From NCBI RefSeq assembly GCF_006345805.1, contig NC_042998.1, forward strand, positions 183,892,001 to 183,956,000: a stretch of DNA of 64,000 nt. Reading direction: 5' to 3'. The position numbers and the translations under genes were made by a program. Below are positions 24,281-36,300 of the stretch, one piece after another. A model generated the notes under the pieces. The model did not search any database. It was given only the letters and a program-made list of their open reading frames with translations, and was not told the origin of the DNA. The stretch is from Octopus sinensis (Eukaryota). Positions within the stretch are counted from its first letter, which is position 1. Every line of letters begins with the position of its first letter.

Positions 24281-25439
24281 CATTTTTACAAAAAATATTT
24301 ATGGGGAGGTCTCTTAAGTTAAATAGTTCCATCCAATCTGTTCCAAATAAATTTGTCGTATTTTCAACACAAAAACTTTGGCTTTCAAGGTTTTCCCACG
24401 AAATGTAACATCACTTATCATTTCGCCCATAAAATGCAATTTTTTTCCTGAAACACCTCGCGCAATTTTCGAAGTTTCCTTTAATCTAGGTTTCCCTATT
24501 TTTCTCCATCTATCTGTATCAATTATCGTGATATCATTGCACGTATCCAATTGTGACTTCATATTCACATTATTCATTTTTATGGATAACAAATTTTCTT
24601 TTCTGAACCTCGCTTAGAATTTTTGTTAACGATACATTCTTTCTAGAATTTTTTTTTTTTTGTTTAACCCTCTTTTTTTTTGTTTCGCTATACAATGCGA
24701 ACTTTTATGTTCGATTTTTACGATTTTTAAAAGGACAATTACTTTTAAAATGTAAACTTTGACATTCGTTTTTCCTTTTTCTTATCCGTTTCAGATCGAC
24801 ACGAATGCATCTGAGAGCAATCTTGTTCTCCAATTTTATCCGCATCATGTCCACTGCCTGTAGAGTTAATTTTTGGTACTGTACTGATTTTGTTAATATA
24901 CGGGAACGTATATCAGCATCTTTTCTTGCAGTTAACCCTTGAACAAAAATTAGACATTTGAACAAATTCAACATAGACATTGAACAAATTCATTTAATTT
25001 GAATTTTTCACACTGTCTATTAACAACCCCAACATAGGTGACGAAATCATCATCTTTCTAAACTAAATTTAAACCCTGCCAACGAGTATTGAAAAGGGAA
25101 TTTATTTCACTGAAAATTCTCGATAACAAATTAACTGTTTCATTGAAACAAATCACACCTGGTTTCTTCGGCAGAATATAATTATAGTATTCTTCGTGTT
25201 CGGCAGGGGATAACTTTCTTAAAAGTATCCGCACCCTTTTCTTGTCATTGCAATTTTTACATTCTTCTTTGAAGATTTCTTCGTATCTTCTAAAAGATGC
25301 AGAAAAAGTAGTACCTTCTTCTTGGTTATAAATAGATACTCCAATTTAGTTTGCTACGCCGTCTGATGAGAACGAAGCTGAAGTATTTCCAGACCTCTTC
25401 TACATTACTTCCAGTAACTGTTGGAATTGTTGTTGCTGT

Positions 25440-25845
25440 TTGTTTGTTTGTTTGTTGAGCGAAGCAGTCTTCATCCCAGAGCTCGCAAGATCGCGCCTCC
25501 TGTAGTGGGAGAAGTCCTCAACGAGGTCCTTTGCTATTCGTAAGACCTGCAGAAGAGAAAGCAGGTCAACCCCTGACACCGAGAGCATCGACGGCTGGAT
25601 GAATGCGCATCCAGGCTCAGCGGTTGCGTAGGAAGTCGGGGACAAGAAACAGGAAGAAAGAGTGAGAGGAAGTTGGAGCGAAAGAGTACAACAGGGGTCG
25701 CCACTCCACCCACCCCTGCCGGAGCCTCGTGGAACTTTGGTTGTTTTCGCTCAATAAACACACATAACGCCCGGTCTGGGAATCGAAACCGCGATCCTCC
25801 GACCGTGAGTCCGCTATCCTAACCATTGGGCCATTGCGCATCCAC
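25440..25845 (-). mobile_element. tRNA-SINE (third family) inserted in the gag poly-Q stretch
   Basis: 10-bp TSD ttgttgctgt (25430-25439, 25846-25855) and a (CAAA)n tail. Related copies at 52640-52970 and 61830-62340. Confidence 0.85.
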
Positions 25846-27111
25846 TTGTTGCTGTAACTGCTGTTGCAACTGCACAACGCAAGCCAATAAGTCTTTCATG
25901 TTAATGATTTTCTTTCTTTGATTTCGTACCAAAAAAATATTTACGTCTGACACAAGCTTCGAATATCTCATCGCCACTTTTATATCCTGGACATCTCGTT
26001 GCTAGATCTTGTAACGTAATTTTTGCCCGATTCTTAGGTAGTATTGTTCGTTTGCACACAACACTCTTGTTTCTCGTTGTACTAATCACTCTTGTTTTTC
26101 GCTCGAACGGACTTTAGTGCGATTTTTTAACACTAAGGAGACATCTCCTCTAGCTGATTAACACCGCACGGCTGCATCCGATATATTGAGAGCAGGGGAA
26201 TCGAACCCCTACCAGATTCTAGTGACAGGTGAGAGAACCAACGCACAGTAATTCGAACATCTACTATTACGGCAACTTACGGGTTCGGTGCGAGTTCAAA
26301 GCAGAACTAACACAATGCGCTCTCGACGACTCCTACCGACCTGTCTCTCAACCTATACGCTACTCTTCATAAGAGTTCGGCTAGTCCATTCTTCCAACCC
26401 CCCAGGGGTGTCAATGACTCTTGCCACAACATCTCCCCCTTTGAGACTGACTTCCGTTGGAAGTTAATATTATTTTTATTTTTATTGATTTATTTTCCTG
26501 CTAAATTTGAACTGCATTCTTCAAAACTAAGAATAAGTACAAGGTAAGATTACTACCTGCTTTTATAGCAAGTTGATGCAGGTAGTTTATCCCTTCCCTC
26601 TCCGACCTTTAGTTCATGCAATTGAAAAAAAACCCGCATTATTTATGGGATGACCCAATACAACGACATAAACAACAAAGAACTGTCCTTCGCCCCACAT
26701 CTCTCCCTCTCCCTCTCTCTCTCTTTCTGTACATGTGGAGCTGTTGTATGTTTGTATTCATGAAGGATGCAAGATTGGTATGATCCTACTAAAAGATTCT
26801 TCAGAGGCCCCTGCTCATGGAATTAGTGCATATTCGGTTGGGATATGTCTTACCTGGGGATGATGCTTCGGTTTGGAATGTTAGGGATGAATGATGGGAA
26901 GGAAGACGAGCTTGTTGGAGGTGACGGCAAGTAGTTATTTTTCTGCACTAGAAGAAATTTGAAGCACTCCTGAATTGATACAGGGCGGATAAGAGATACT
27001 TTAATCACACCATGATACTGCGATCAAGAGATGTTGCAATCAAGTGAGTCCATTTGCATGCAGTTTGGAATCAGAAGGCACACTGCCACATGTTTTCGAA
27101 GATCAGGACAA

Positions 27112-27168
<57 letters not shown>

Positions 27169-27396
27169 GAGAGAATGAAGGATGAGAGAAATAAGGTGGA
27201 GGACTGATAGAAGTGAGAGAGAGAGAGAGGCTGAATGTTTATGAAAGTATCGCATACTATTCTACTTACAAGCTGATTTTTGAAGAATTTGATTTCTTTT
27301 TTGTAATCTTAGAACTCGTCACGTTTCCTATTTACAAAATTTGGTAATATAAACAAATGCAACAAGCGTATTAATCGCCAACCAACCAATCAGGTA

Positions 27397-30300
27397 AGCT
27401 GTCTGTGCTTATATTTGAGAAAACAACAATGTCTAGAGTTTTGGAAATTCCAAGAAATTGTGCTTAGATTTCCGGCTACCTAAATAGTTTCGTTTGCTGT
27501 CTGTGCTTATGTTTGAGAAAACAACAATGTCTAGAGTTTTGGAAATTCCAAGAAATTGTGCTTAGATGTCCGGCTACCTAAATAGTTTGGTTAGATGTTT
27601 GTGGTTATATTTGAAAAAACAACTATGTCTAGTGTTTTGGAAATTCCAAGAAATTGTGCTTAGATGTCCGGCTACCTAAATAGTTTCGTTTGCTGTGTGT
27701 GCTTATATTTGAGAAAACAACAATGTCTAGAGTTTTGGAAATTCCAAGAAATTGTGCTTAGATGTCCGGCTACCTAAATAGTTTAGTTAGATGTTTGTGG
27801 TTATATTTGAGAAAACAACAATGTCTAGAGTTTTGGAAATTCCAAGAAATTGTGCTTAGATGTCCGGCTACCTAAATAGTTTGGTTAGATGTTTGTGGTT
27901 ATATTTGAGAAAACAACAATGTCTAGAGTTTTGGAAATTCCAAGAAATTTTGCTTAGATGTCCGGCTACCTAAATAGTTTGGTTAGATGTTTGTGGTTAT
28001 ATTTGAGAAAACAACAATGTCTAGAGTTTTGGAAATTCCAAGAAATTTTGCTTAGATGTCCGGCTACCTAAATAGTTTGGTTAGATGTTTGTGGTTATAT
28101 TTGAGAAAACAACAATGTCTAGAGTTTTGGAAATTCCAAGAAATTGTGCTTAGATGTCCGGCTACCTAAATAGTTTGGTTAGATGTTTGTGGTTATATTT
28201 GAGAAAACAACAATGTCTAGAGTTTTGGAAATTCCAAGAAATTGTGCTTAGATGTCCGGCTACCTAAATAGTTTGTTTAGATGTTTGTGGTTATATTTGA
28301 GAAAACAACAATGTCTAGAGTTTTGGAAATTCCAAGAAATTTTGCTTAGATGTCCGGCTACCTAAATAGTTTGGTTAGATGTTTGTGGTTATATTTGAGA
28401 AAACAACAATGTCTAGAGTTTTGGAAATTCCAAGAAATTGTGCTTAGATGTCCGGCTACCTAAATAGTTTGGTTAGATGTCTGTGCTTATATTTGAGAAA
28501 ACAACAATGTCTAGAGTTTTGGAAATTCCAAGAAATTGTGCTTAGATGTCCGGCTACCTAAATAGTTTAGTTAGATGTTTGTGGTTATATTTGAGAAAAC
28601 AACAATGTCTAGAGTTTTGGAAATTCCAAGAAATTGTGCTTAGATGTCCAGCTACCTAAATAGTTTGGTTAGATGTCTGTGCTTATATTTGAGAAAACAA
28701 CAAAGTCTAGAGTTTTGGAAATTCCAAGAAATTGTGCTTAGATGTCCGGCTACCTAAATAGTTTCGTTTGCTGTGTGTGCTTATATTTGAGAAAACAACA
28801 ATGTCTAGAGTTTTGGAAATTCCAAGAAATTGTGCTTAGATGTCCGGCTACCTAAATAGTTTGGTTAGATGTTTGTGGTTATATTTGAGAAAACAACAAT
28901 GTCTAGAGTTTTGGAAATTCCAAGAAATTGTGCTTAGATGTCCGGCTACCTAAATAGTTTGGTTAGATGTTTGTGGTTATATTTGAGAAAACAACAATGT
29001 CTAGAGTTTTGGAAATTCCAAGAAATTGTGCTTAGATGTCCGGCTACCTAAATAGTTTGGTTAGATGTTGTGGTTATATTGAGAAAACAACAACGTCTAG
29101 AGTTTTGGAAATTCCAAGAAATTGTGCTTAGATGTCCGGCTACCTAAATAGTTTGGTTAGATGTTTGTGGTTATATTTGAGAAAACAACAATGTCTAGAG
29201 TTTTGGAAATTCCAAGAAATTGTGCTTAGATGTCCAGCTACCTAAATAGTTTGGTTAGATGTTTGTGGTTATATTTGAGAAAACAACAATGTCTAGAGTT
29301 TTGGAAATTCCAAGAAATTGTGCTTAGATGTCCGGCTACCTAAATAGTTTCGTTTGCTGTGTGTGCTTATATTTGAGAAAACAACAATGTCTAGAGTTTT
29401 GGAAATTCCAAGAAATTGTGCTTAGATGTCCGGCTACCTAAATAGTTTGGTTAGATGTTTGTGGTTATATTTGAGAAAACAACAATGTCTAGAGTTTTGG
29501 AAATTCCAAGAAATTGTGCTTAGATGTCCGGCTACCTAAATAGTTTAGTTAGATGTTGTGGTTATATTTGAGAAAACAACAATGTCTAGAGTTTTGGAAA
29601 TTCCAAGAAATTGTGCTTAGATGTCCGGCTACCAAAATAGTTTAGTTAGATGTTGTGGTTATATTTGAGAAAACAACAATGTCTAGAGTTTTGAAATTCC
29701 AAGAAATTGTGCTTAGATGTCCGGCTACCTAAATAGTTTGGTTAGATGTTTGTGGTTATATTTGAGAAAACAACAATGTCTAGAGTTTTGGAAATTCCAA
29801 GAAATTGTGCTTAGATGTCGGCTACCTAAATAGTTTGGTTAGATGTTTGTGGTTATATTGAGAAAACAACAATGTCTAGAGTTTTGGAAATTCCAAGAAA
29901 TTTTGCTTAGATGTCCGGCTACCTAAATAGTTTGGTTAGATGTTTGTGGTTATATTTGAGAAAACAACAATGTCTAGAGTTTTGGAAATTCCAAGAAATT
30001 GTGCTTAGATGTCGGCTACCTAAATAGTTTGGTTAGATGTTTGTGGTTATATTTGAGAAAACAACAATGTCTAGAGTTTTGGAAATTCCAAGAAATTGTG
30101 CTTAGATGTCCGGCTACCTAAATAGTTTGGTTAGATGTTTGTGTTATATTTGAGAAAACACAATGTCTAGAGTTTTGGAAATTCCAAGAAATTGTGCTTA
30201 GATGTCCGGCTACCTAAATAGTTTGGTTAGATGTTTGTGGTTATATTTGAGAAAACAACAATGTCTAGAGTTTTGGAAATTCCAAGAAATTGTGCTTAGA

Positions 30301-33300
30301 TGTCCGGCTACCTAAATAGTTTCGTTTGCTGTGTGTGCTTATATTTGAGAAAAAACAATGTCTAGAGTTTTGGAAATTCAAGAAATTGTGCTTAGATGTC
30401 CGGCTACCTAAATAGTTTGGTTAGATGTTTGTGGTTATATTTGAGAAAACAACAATGTCTAGAGTTTTGGAAATTCCAAGAAATTGTGCTTAGATGTCCG
30501 GCTACCTAAATAGTTTGGTTAGATGTTTGTGGTTATATTTGAGAAAACAACAATGTCTAGAGTTTTGGAAATTCCAAGAAATTGTGCTTAGATGTCCGGC
30601 TACCTAAATAGTTTGGTTAGATGTTTGTGGTTATATTTGAGAAAACAACAATGTCTAGAGTTTTGGAAATTCCAAGAAATTGTGCTTAGATGTCCGGCTA
30701 CCTAAATAGTTTGGTTAGATGTTTGTGGTTATATTTGAGAAAACAACAATGTCTAGAGTTTTGGAAATTCCAAGAAATTGTGCTTAGATGTCCGGCTACC
30801 TAAATAGTTTGGTTAGATGTTTGTGGTTATATTTGAGAAAACAACAATGTCTAGAGTTTTGGAAATTCCAAGAAATTGTGCTTAGATGTCCGGCTACCTA
30901 AATAGTTTGGTTAGATGTTTGTGGTTATATTTGAGAAAACAACAATGTCTAGAGTTTTGGAAATTCCAAGAAATTGTGCTTAGATGTCCGGCTACCTAAA
31001 TAGTTTGGTTAGATGTTTGTGGTTATATTTGAGAAAACAACAATGTCTAGAGTTTTGGAAATTCCAAGAAATTGTGCTTAGATGTCCGGCTACCTAAATA
31101 GTTTGGTTAGATGTCTGTGCTTATATTTGAGAAAACAACAATGTCTAGAGTTTTGGAAATTCCAAGAAATTGTGCTTAGATGTCCGGCTACCTAAATAGT
31201 TTGGTTAGATGTCTGTGGTTATATTTGAGAAAACAACAATGTCTAGAGTTTTGGAAATTCCAAGAATTGTGCTTAGATGTCCGGCTACCTAAATAGTTTA
31301 GTTAGATGTTTGTGTTATATTTGAGAAAACAACAATGTCTAGAGTTTTGGAAATTCCAAGAAATTGTGCTTAGATGTCCGGCTACCTAAATAGTTTAGTT
31401 AGATGTTTGTGGTTATATTTGAGAAAACAACAATGTCTAGAGTTTTTGAAATTCCAAGAAATTGTGCTTAGATGTCCGGCTACCTAAATAGTTTGGTTAG
31501 ATGTTTGTGGTTATATTTGAGAAAACAACAATGTCTAGAGTTTTGGAAATTCCAAGAAATTGTGCTTAGATGTCCGGCTACCTAAATAGTTTGGTTAGAT
31601 GTTTGTGGTTATATTTGAGAAAACAACAATGTCTAGAGTTTTGGAAATTCCAAGAAATTTTGCTTAGATGTCCGGCTACCTAAATAGTTTGGTTAGATGT
31701 TTGTGGTTATAATTGAGAAAACAACAATGTCTAGAGTTTTGGAAATTCCAAGAAATTGTGCTTAGATGTCCGGCTACCTAAATAGTTTGGTTAGATGTCT
31801 GTGCTTATATTTGAGAAAACAACAATGTCTAGAGTTTTGGAAATTCCAAGAAATTGTGCTTAGATGTCCGGCTACCTAAATAGTTTAGTTAGATGTTTGT
31901 GGTTATATTTGAGAAAACAACAATGTCTAGAGTTTTGGAAATTCCAAGAAATTGTGCTTAGATGTCCAGCTACGTAAATAGTTTGGTTAGATGTCTGTGC
32001 TTATATTTGAGAAAACAACAATGTCTAGAGTTTTGGAAATTCCAAGAAATTGTGCTTAGATGTCCGGCTACCTAAATAGTTTCGTTTGCTGTGTGTGCTT
32101 ATATTTGAGAAAACAACAATGTCTAGAGTTTTGGAAATTCCAAGAAATTGTGCTTAGATGTCCGGCTACCTAAATAGTTTGGTTAGATGTTTGTGGTTAT
32201 ATTTGAGAAAACAACAACGTCTAGAGTTTTGGAAATTCCAAGAAATTGTGCTTAGATGACCGGCTACCTAAATAGTTTGGTTAGATGTTTGTGGTTATAT
32301 TTGAGAAAACAACAATGTCTAGAGTTTTGGAAATTCCAAGAAATTGTGCTTAGATGTCCGGCTACCTAAATAGTTTGGTTAGATGTTTGTGGTTATATTT
32401 GAGAAAACAACAATGTCTAGAGTTTTGGAAATTCCAAGAAATTGTGCTTAGATGTCCGGCTACCTAAATAGTTTGGTTAGATGTTTGTGGTTATATTTGA
32501 GAAAACAACAATGTCTAGAGTTTTGGAAATTCCAAGAAATTGTGCTTAGATGTCCGGCTACCTAAATAGTTTGGTTAGATGTTTGTGGTTATATTTGAGA
32601 AAACAACAATGTCTAGAGTTTTGGAAATTCCAAGAAATTGTGCTTAGATGTCCGGCTACCTAAATAGTTTGGTTAGATGTTTGTGGTTATATTTGAGAAA
32701 ACAACAATGTCTAGAGTTTTGGAAATTCCAAGAAATTGTGCTTAGATGTCCGGCTACCTAAATAGTTTGGTTAGATGTCTGTGCTTATATTTGAGAAAAC
32801 AACAATGTCTAGAGTTTTGGAAATTCCAAGAAATTGTGCTTAGATGTCCGGCTACCTAAATAGTTTAGTTAGATGTTTGTGGTTATATTTGAGAAAACAA
32901 CAATGTCTAGAGTTTTGGAAATTCCAAGAAATTGTGCTTAGATGTCCAGCTACGTAAATAGTTTGGTTAGATGTCTGTGCTTATATTTGAGAAAACAACA
33001 ATGTCTAGAGTTTTGGAAATTCCAAGAAATTGTGCTTAGATGTCCGGCTACCTAAATAGTTTCGTTTGCTGTGTGTGCTTATATTTGAGAAAACAACAAT
33101 GTCTAGAGTTTTGGAAATTCCAAGAAATTGTGCTTAGATGTCCGGCTACCTAAATAGTTTGGTTAGATGTTTGTGGTTATATTTGAGAAAACAACAACGT
33201 CTAGAGTTTTGGAAATTCCAAGAAATTGTGCTTAGATGACCGGCTACCTAAATAGTTTGGTTAGATGTTTGTGGTTATATTTGAGAAAACAACAATGTCT

Positions 33301-36300
33301 AGAGTTTTGGAAATTCCAAGAAATTGTGCTTAGATGTCCGGCTACCTAAATAGTTTGGTTAGATGTTTGTGGTTATATTGAGAAAACACAATGTCTAGAG
33401 TTTTGGAAATTCCAAGAAATTGTGCTTAGATGTCCGGCTACCTAAATAGTTTGGTTAGATGTTTGTGGTTATATTTGAGAAAACAACAATGTCTAGAGTT
33501 TTGGAAATTCCAAGAAATTGTGCTTAGATGTCCGGCTACCTAAATAGTTTGGTTAGATGTTTGTGGTTATATTTGAGAAAACAACAATGTCTAGAGTTTT
33601 GGAAATTCCAAGAAATTGTGCTTAGATGTCCGGCTACCTAAATAGTTTGGTTAGATGTTTGTGGTTATATTGAGAAAACAACAATGTCTAGAGTTTTGGA
33701 AATTCCAAGAAATTGTGCTTAGATGTCCGGCTACCTAAATAGTTTGGTTAGATGTTTGTGGTTATATTTGAGAAAACAACAATGTCTAGAGTTTTGGAAA
33801 TTCCAAGAAATTTTGCTTAGATGTCCGGCTACCTAAATAGTTTGGTTAGATGTTTGTGGTTATATTTGAGAAAACAACAATGTCTAGAGTTTTGGAAATT
33901 CCAAGAAATTGTGCTTAGATGTCCGGCTACCTAAATAGTTTGGTTAGATGTCTGTGCTTATATTTGAGAAAACAACAATGTCTAGAGTTTTGGAAATTCC
34001 AAGAAATTGTGCTTAGATGTCCGGCTACCTAAATAGTTTAGTTAGATGTTTGTGGTTATATTTGAGAAAACAACAATGTCTAGAGTTTTGGAAATTCCAA
34101 GAAATTGTGCTTAGATGTCCGCTACGTAAATAGTTTGGTTAGATGTCTGTGCTTATATTTGAGAAAACAACAATGTCTAGAGTTTTGGAAATTCCAAGAA
34201 ATTGTGCTTAGATGTCCGGCTACCTAAATAGTTTCGTTTGCTGTGTGTGCTTATATTTGAGAAAACAACAATGTCTAGAGTTTTGGAAATTCCAAGAAAT
34301 TGTGCTTAGATGTCCGGCTACCTAAATAGTTTGGTTAGATGTTTGTGGTTATATTTGAGAAAACAACAATGTCTAGAGTTTTGGAAATTCCAAGAAATTG
34401 TGCTTAGATGTCCGGCTACCTAAATAGTTTGGTTAGATGTTTGTGGTTATATTTGAGAAAACAACAATGTCTAGAGTTTTGGAAATTCCAAGAAATTGTG
34501 CTTAGATGTCCGGCTACCTAAATAGTTTGGTTAGATGTTTGTGGTTATATTTGAGAAAACAACAATGTCTAGAGTTTTGGAAATTCCAAGAAATTGTGCT
34601 TAGATGTCCGGCTACCTAAATAGTTTGGTAGATGTTTGTGGTTATATTTGAGAAAACAACAATGTCTAGAGTTTTGGAAATTCCAAGAAATTGTGCTTAG
34701 ATGTCCGGCTACCTAAATAGTTTGGTTAGATGTTTGTGGTTATATTTGAGAAAACAACAATGTCTAGAGTTTTGGAAATTCCTAGAAATTGTGCTTAGAT
34801 GTCCGGCTACCTAAATAGTTTGGTTAGATGTTTGTGGTTATATTTGAGAAAACACAACGTCTAGAGTTTTGGAAATTCCAAGAAATTGTGCTTAGATGTC
34901 CGGCTACCTAAATAGTTTGGTTAGATGTTTGTGGTTATATTTGAGAGAAAACAACAATGTCTAGAGTTTTGGAAATTCCAAGAAATTGTGCTTAGATGTC
35001 CAGCTACCTAAATAGTTTGGTTAGATGTTTGTGGTTATATTTGAGAAAACAACAATGTCTAGAGTTTTGGAAATTCCAAGAAATTGTGCTTAGATGTCCG
35101 GCTACCTAAATAGTTTGGTTAGATGTCTGTGCTTATATTTGAGAAAACAACAATGTCTAGAGTTTTGGAAATTCCAAGAAATTGTGCTTAGATGTCCGGC
35201 TACCTAAATAGTTTCGTTTGCTGTGTGTGCTTATATTTGAGAAAACAACAATGTCTAGAGTTTTGGAAATTCCAAGAAATTGTGCTTAGATGTCCGGCTA
35301 CCTAAATAATTTAGTTAGATGTTTGTGGTTATATTTGAGAAAACAACAATGTCTAGAGTTTTGGAAATTCCAAGAAATTGTGCTTAGATGTCCGGCTACC
35401 TAAATAGTTTGATTAGATGTTTGTGGTTATATTTGAGAAAACAACAATGTCTAGAGTTTTGAAAATTCCAAGAAATTGTGCTTAGATGTCCGGCTACCTA
35501 AATAGTTTAGTTAGATGTTTGTGGTTATATTTGAGAAAACAACAATGTCTAGAGTTTTGGAAATTCCAAGAAATTGTGCTTAGATGTCCGGCTACCTAAA
35601 TAGTTTGGTTAGATGTTTGTGGTTATATTTGAGAAAACAACAATGTCTAGAGTTTTGGAAATTCCAAGAATTGTGCTTAGATGTCCGGCTACCTAAATAG
35701 TTTGGTTAGATGTTTGTGGTTATATTTGAGAAAACAACAATGTCTAGAGTTTTGGAAATTCCAAGAAATTGTGCTTAGATGTCCGGCTACCTAAATAGTT
35801 TGGTTAGATGTTTGTGGTTATATTTGAGAAAACAACAATGTCTAGAGTTTTGGAAATTCCAAGAAATTGTGCTTAGATGTCCGGCTACCTAAATAGTTTG
35901 GTTAGATGTTTGTGGTTATATTTGAGAAAACAACAATGTCTAGAGTTTTGGAAATTCCTAGAAATTGTGCTTAGATGTCCGGCTACCTAAATAGTTTGGT
36001 TAGATGTTTGTGGTTATATTTGAGAAAACAACAACGTCTAGAGTTTTGGAAATTCCAAGAAATTGTGCTTAGATGTCCGGCTACCTAAATAGTTTGGTTA
36101 GATGTTTGTGGTTATATTTGAGAAAACAACAATGTCTAGAGTTTTGGAAATTCCAAGAAATTGTGCTTAGATGTCCGGCTACCTAAATAGTTGGTTAGAT
36201 GTTTGTGGTTATATTTGAGAAAACAACAATGTCTAGAGTTTTGGAAATTCCAAGAAATTGTGCTTAGATGTCCGGCTACCTAAATAGTTTGGTTAGATGT

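Larger units (their letters stand above)
23631..26560 (-). mobile_element. Defective Ty3/Gypsy LTR retrotransposon (PPT-LTR-PBS-gag-protease-start of pol)
   Basis: PPT aaagggggaga (26432-26442), then TGTTGTGG LTR start (26431) and PBS-like TGGCGATGAG (25976-25967). gag starts from ATG 25899 (..FRRYEEIF..KVRILLRKL..FKCLIFVQGL), followed by protease QLDT and LGLCTKTKAKF..VFKPKRTVPFAA. Confidence 0.85.

Noticed and set aside
25345-25362. PBS-like ggcgtagc
   Set aside because: It lies inside the gag reading frame (..SSDGVAN..). The better PBS is at 25967-25976.
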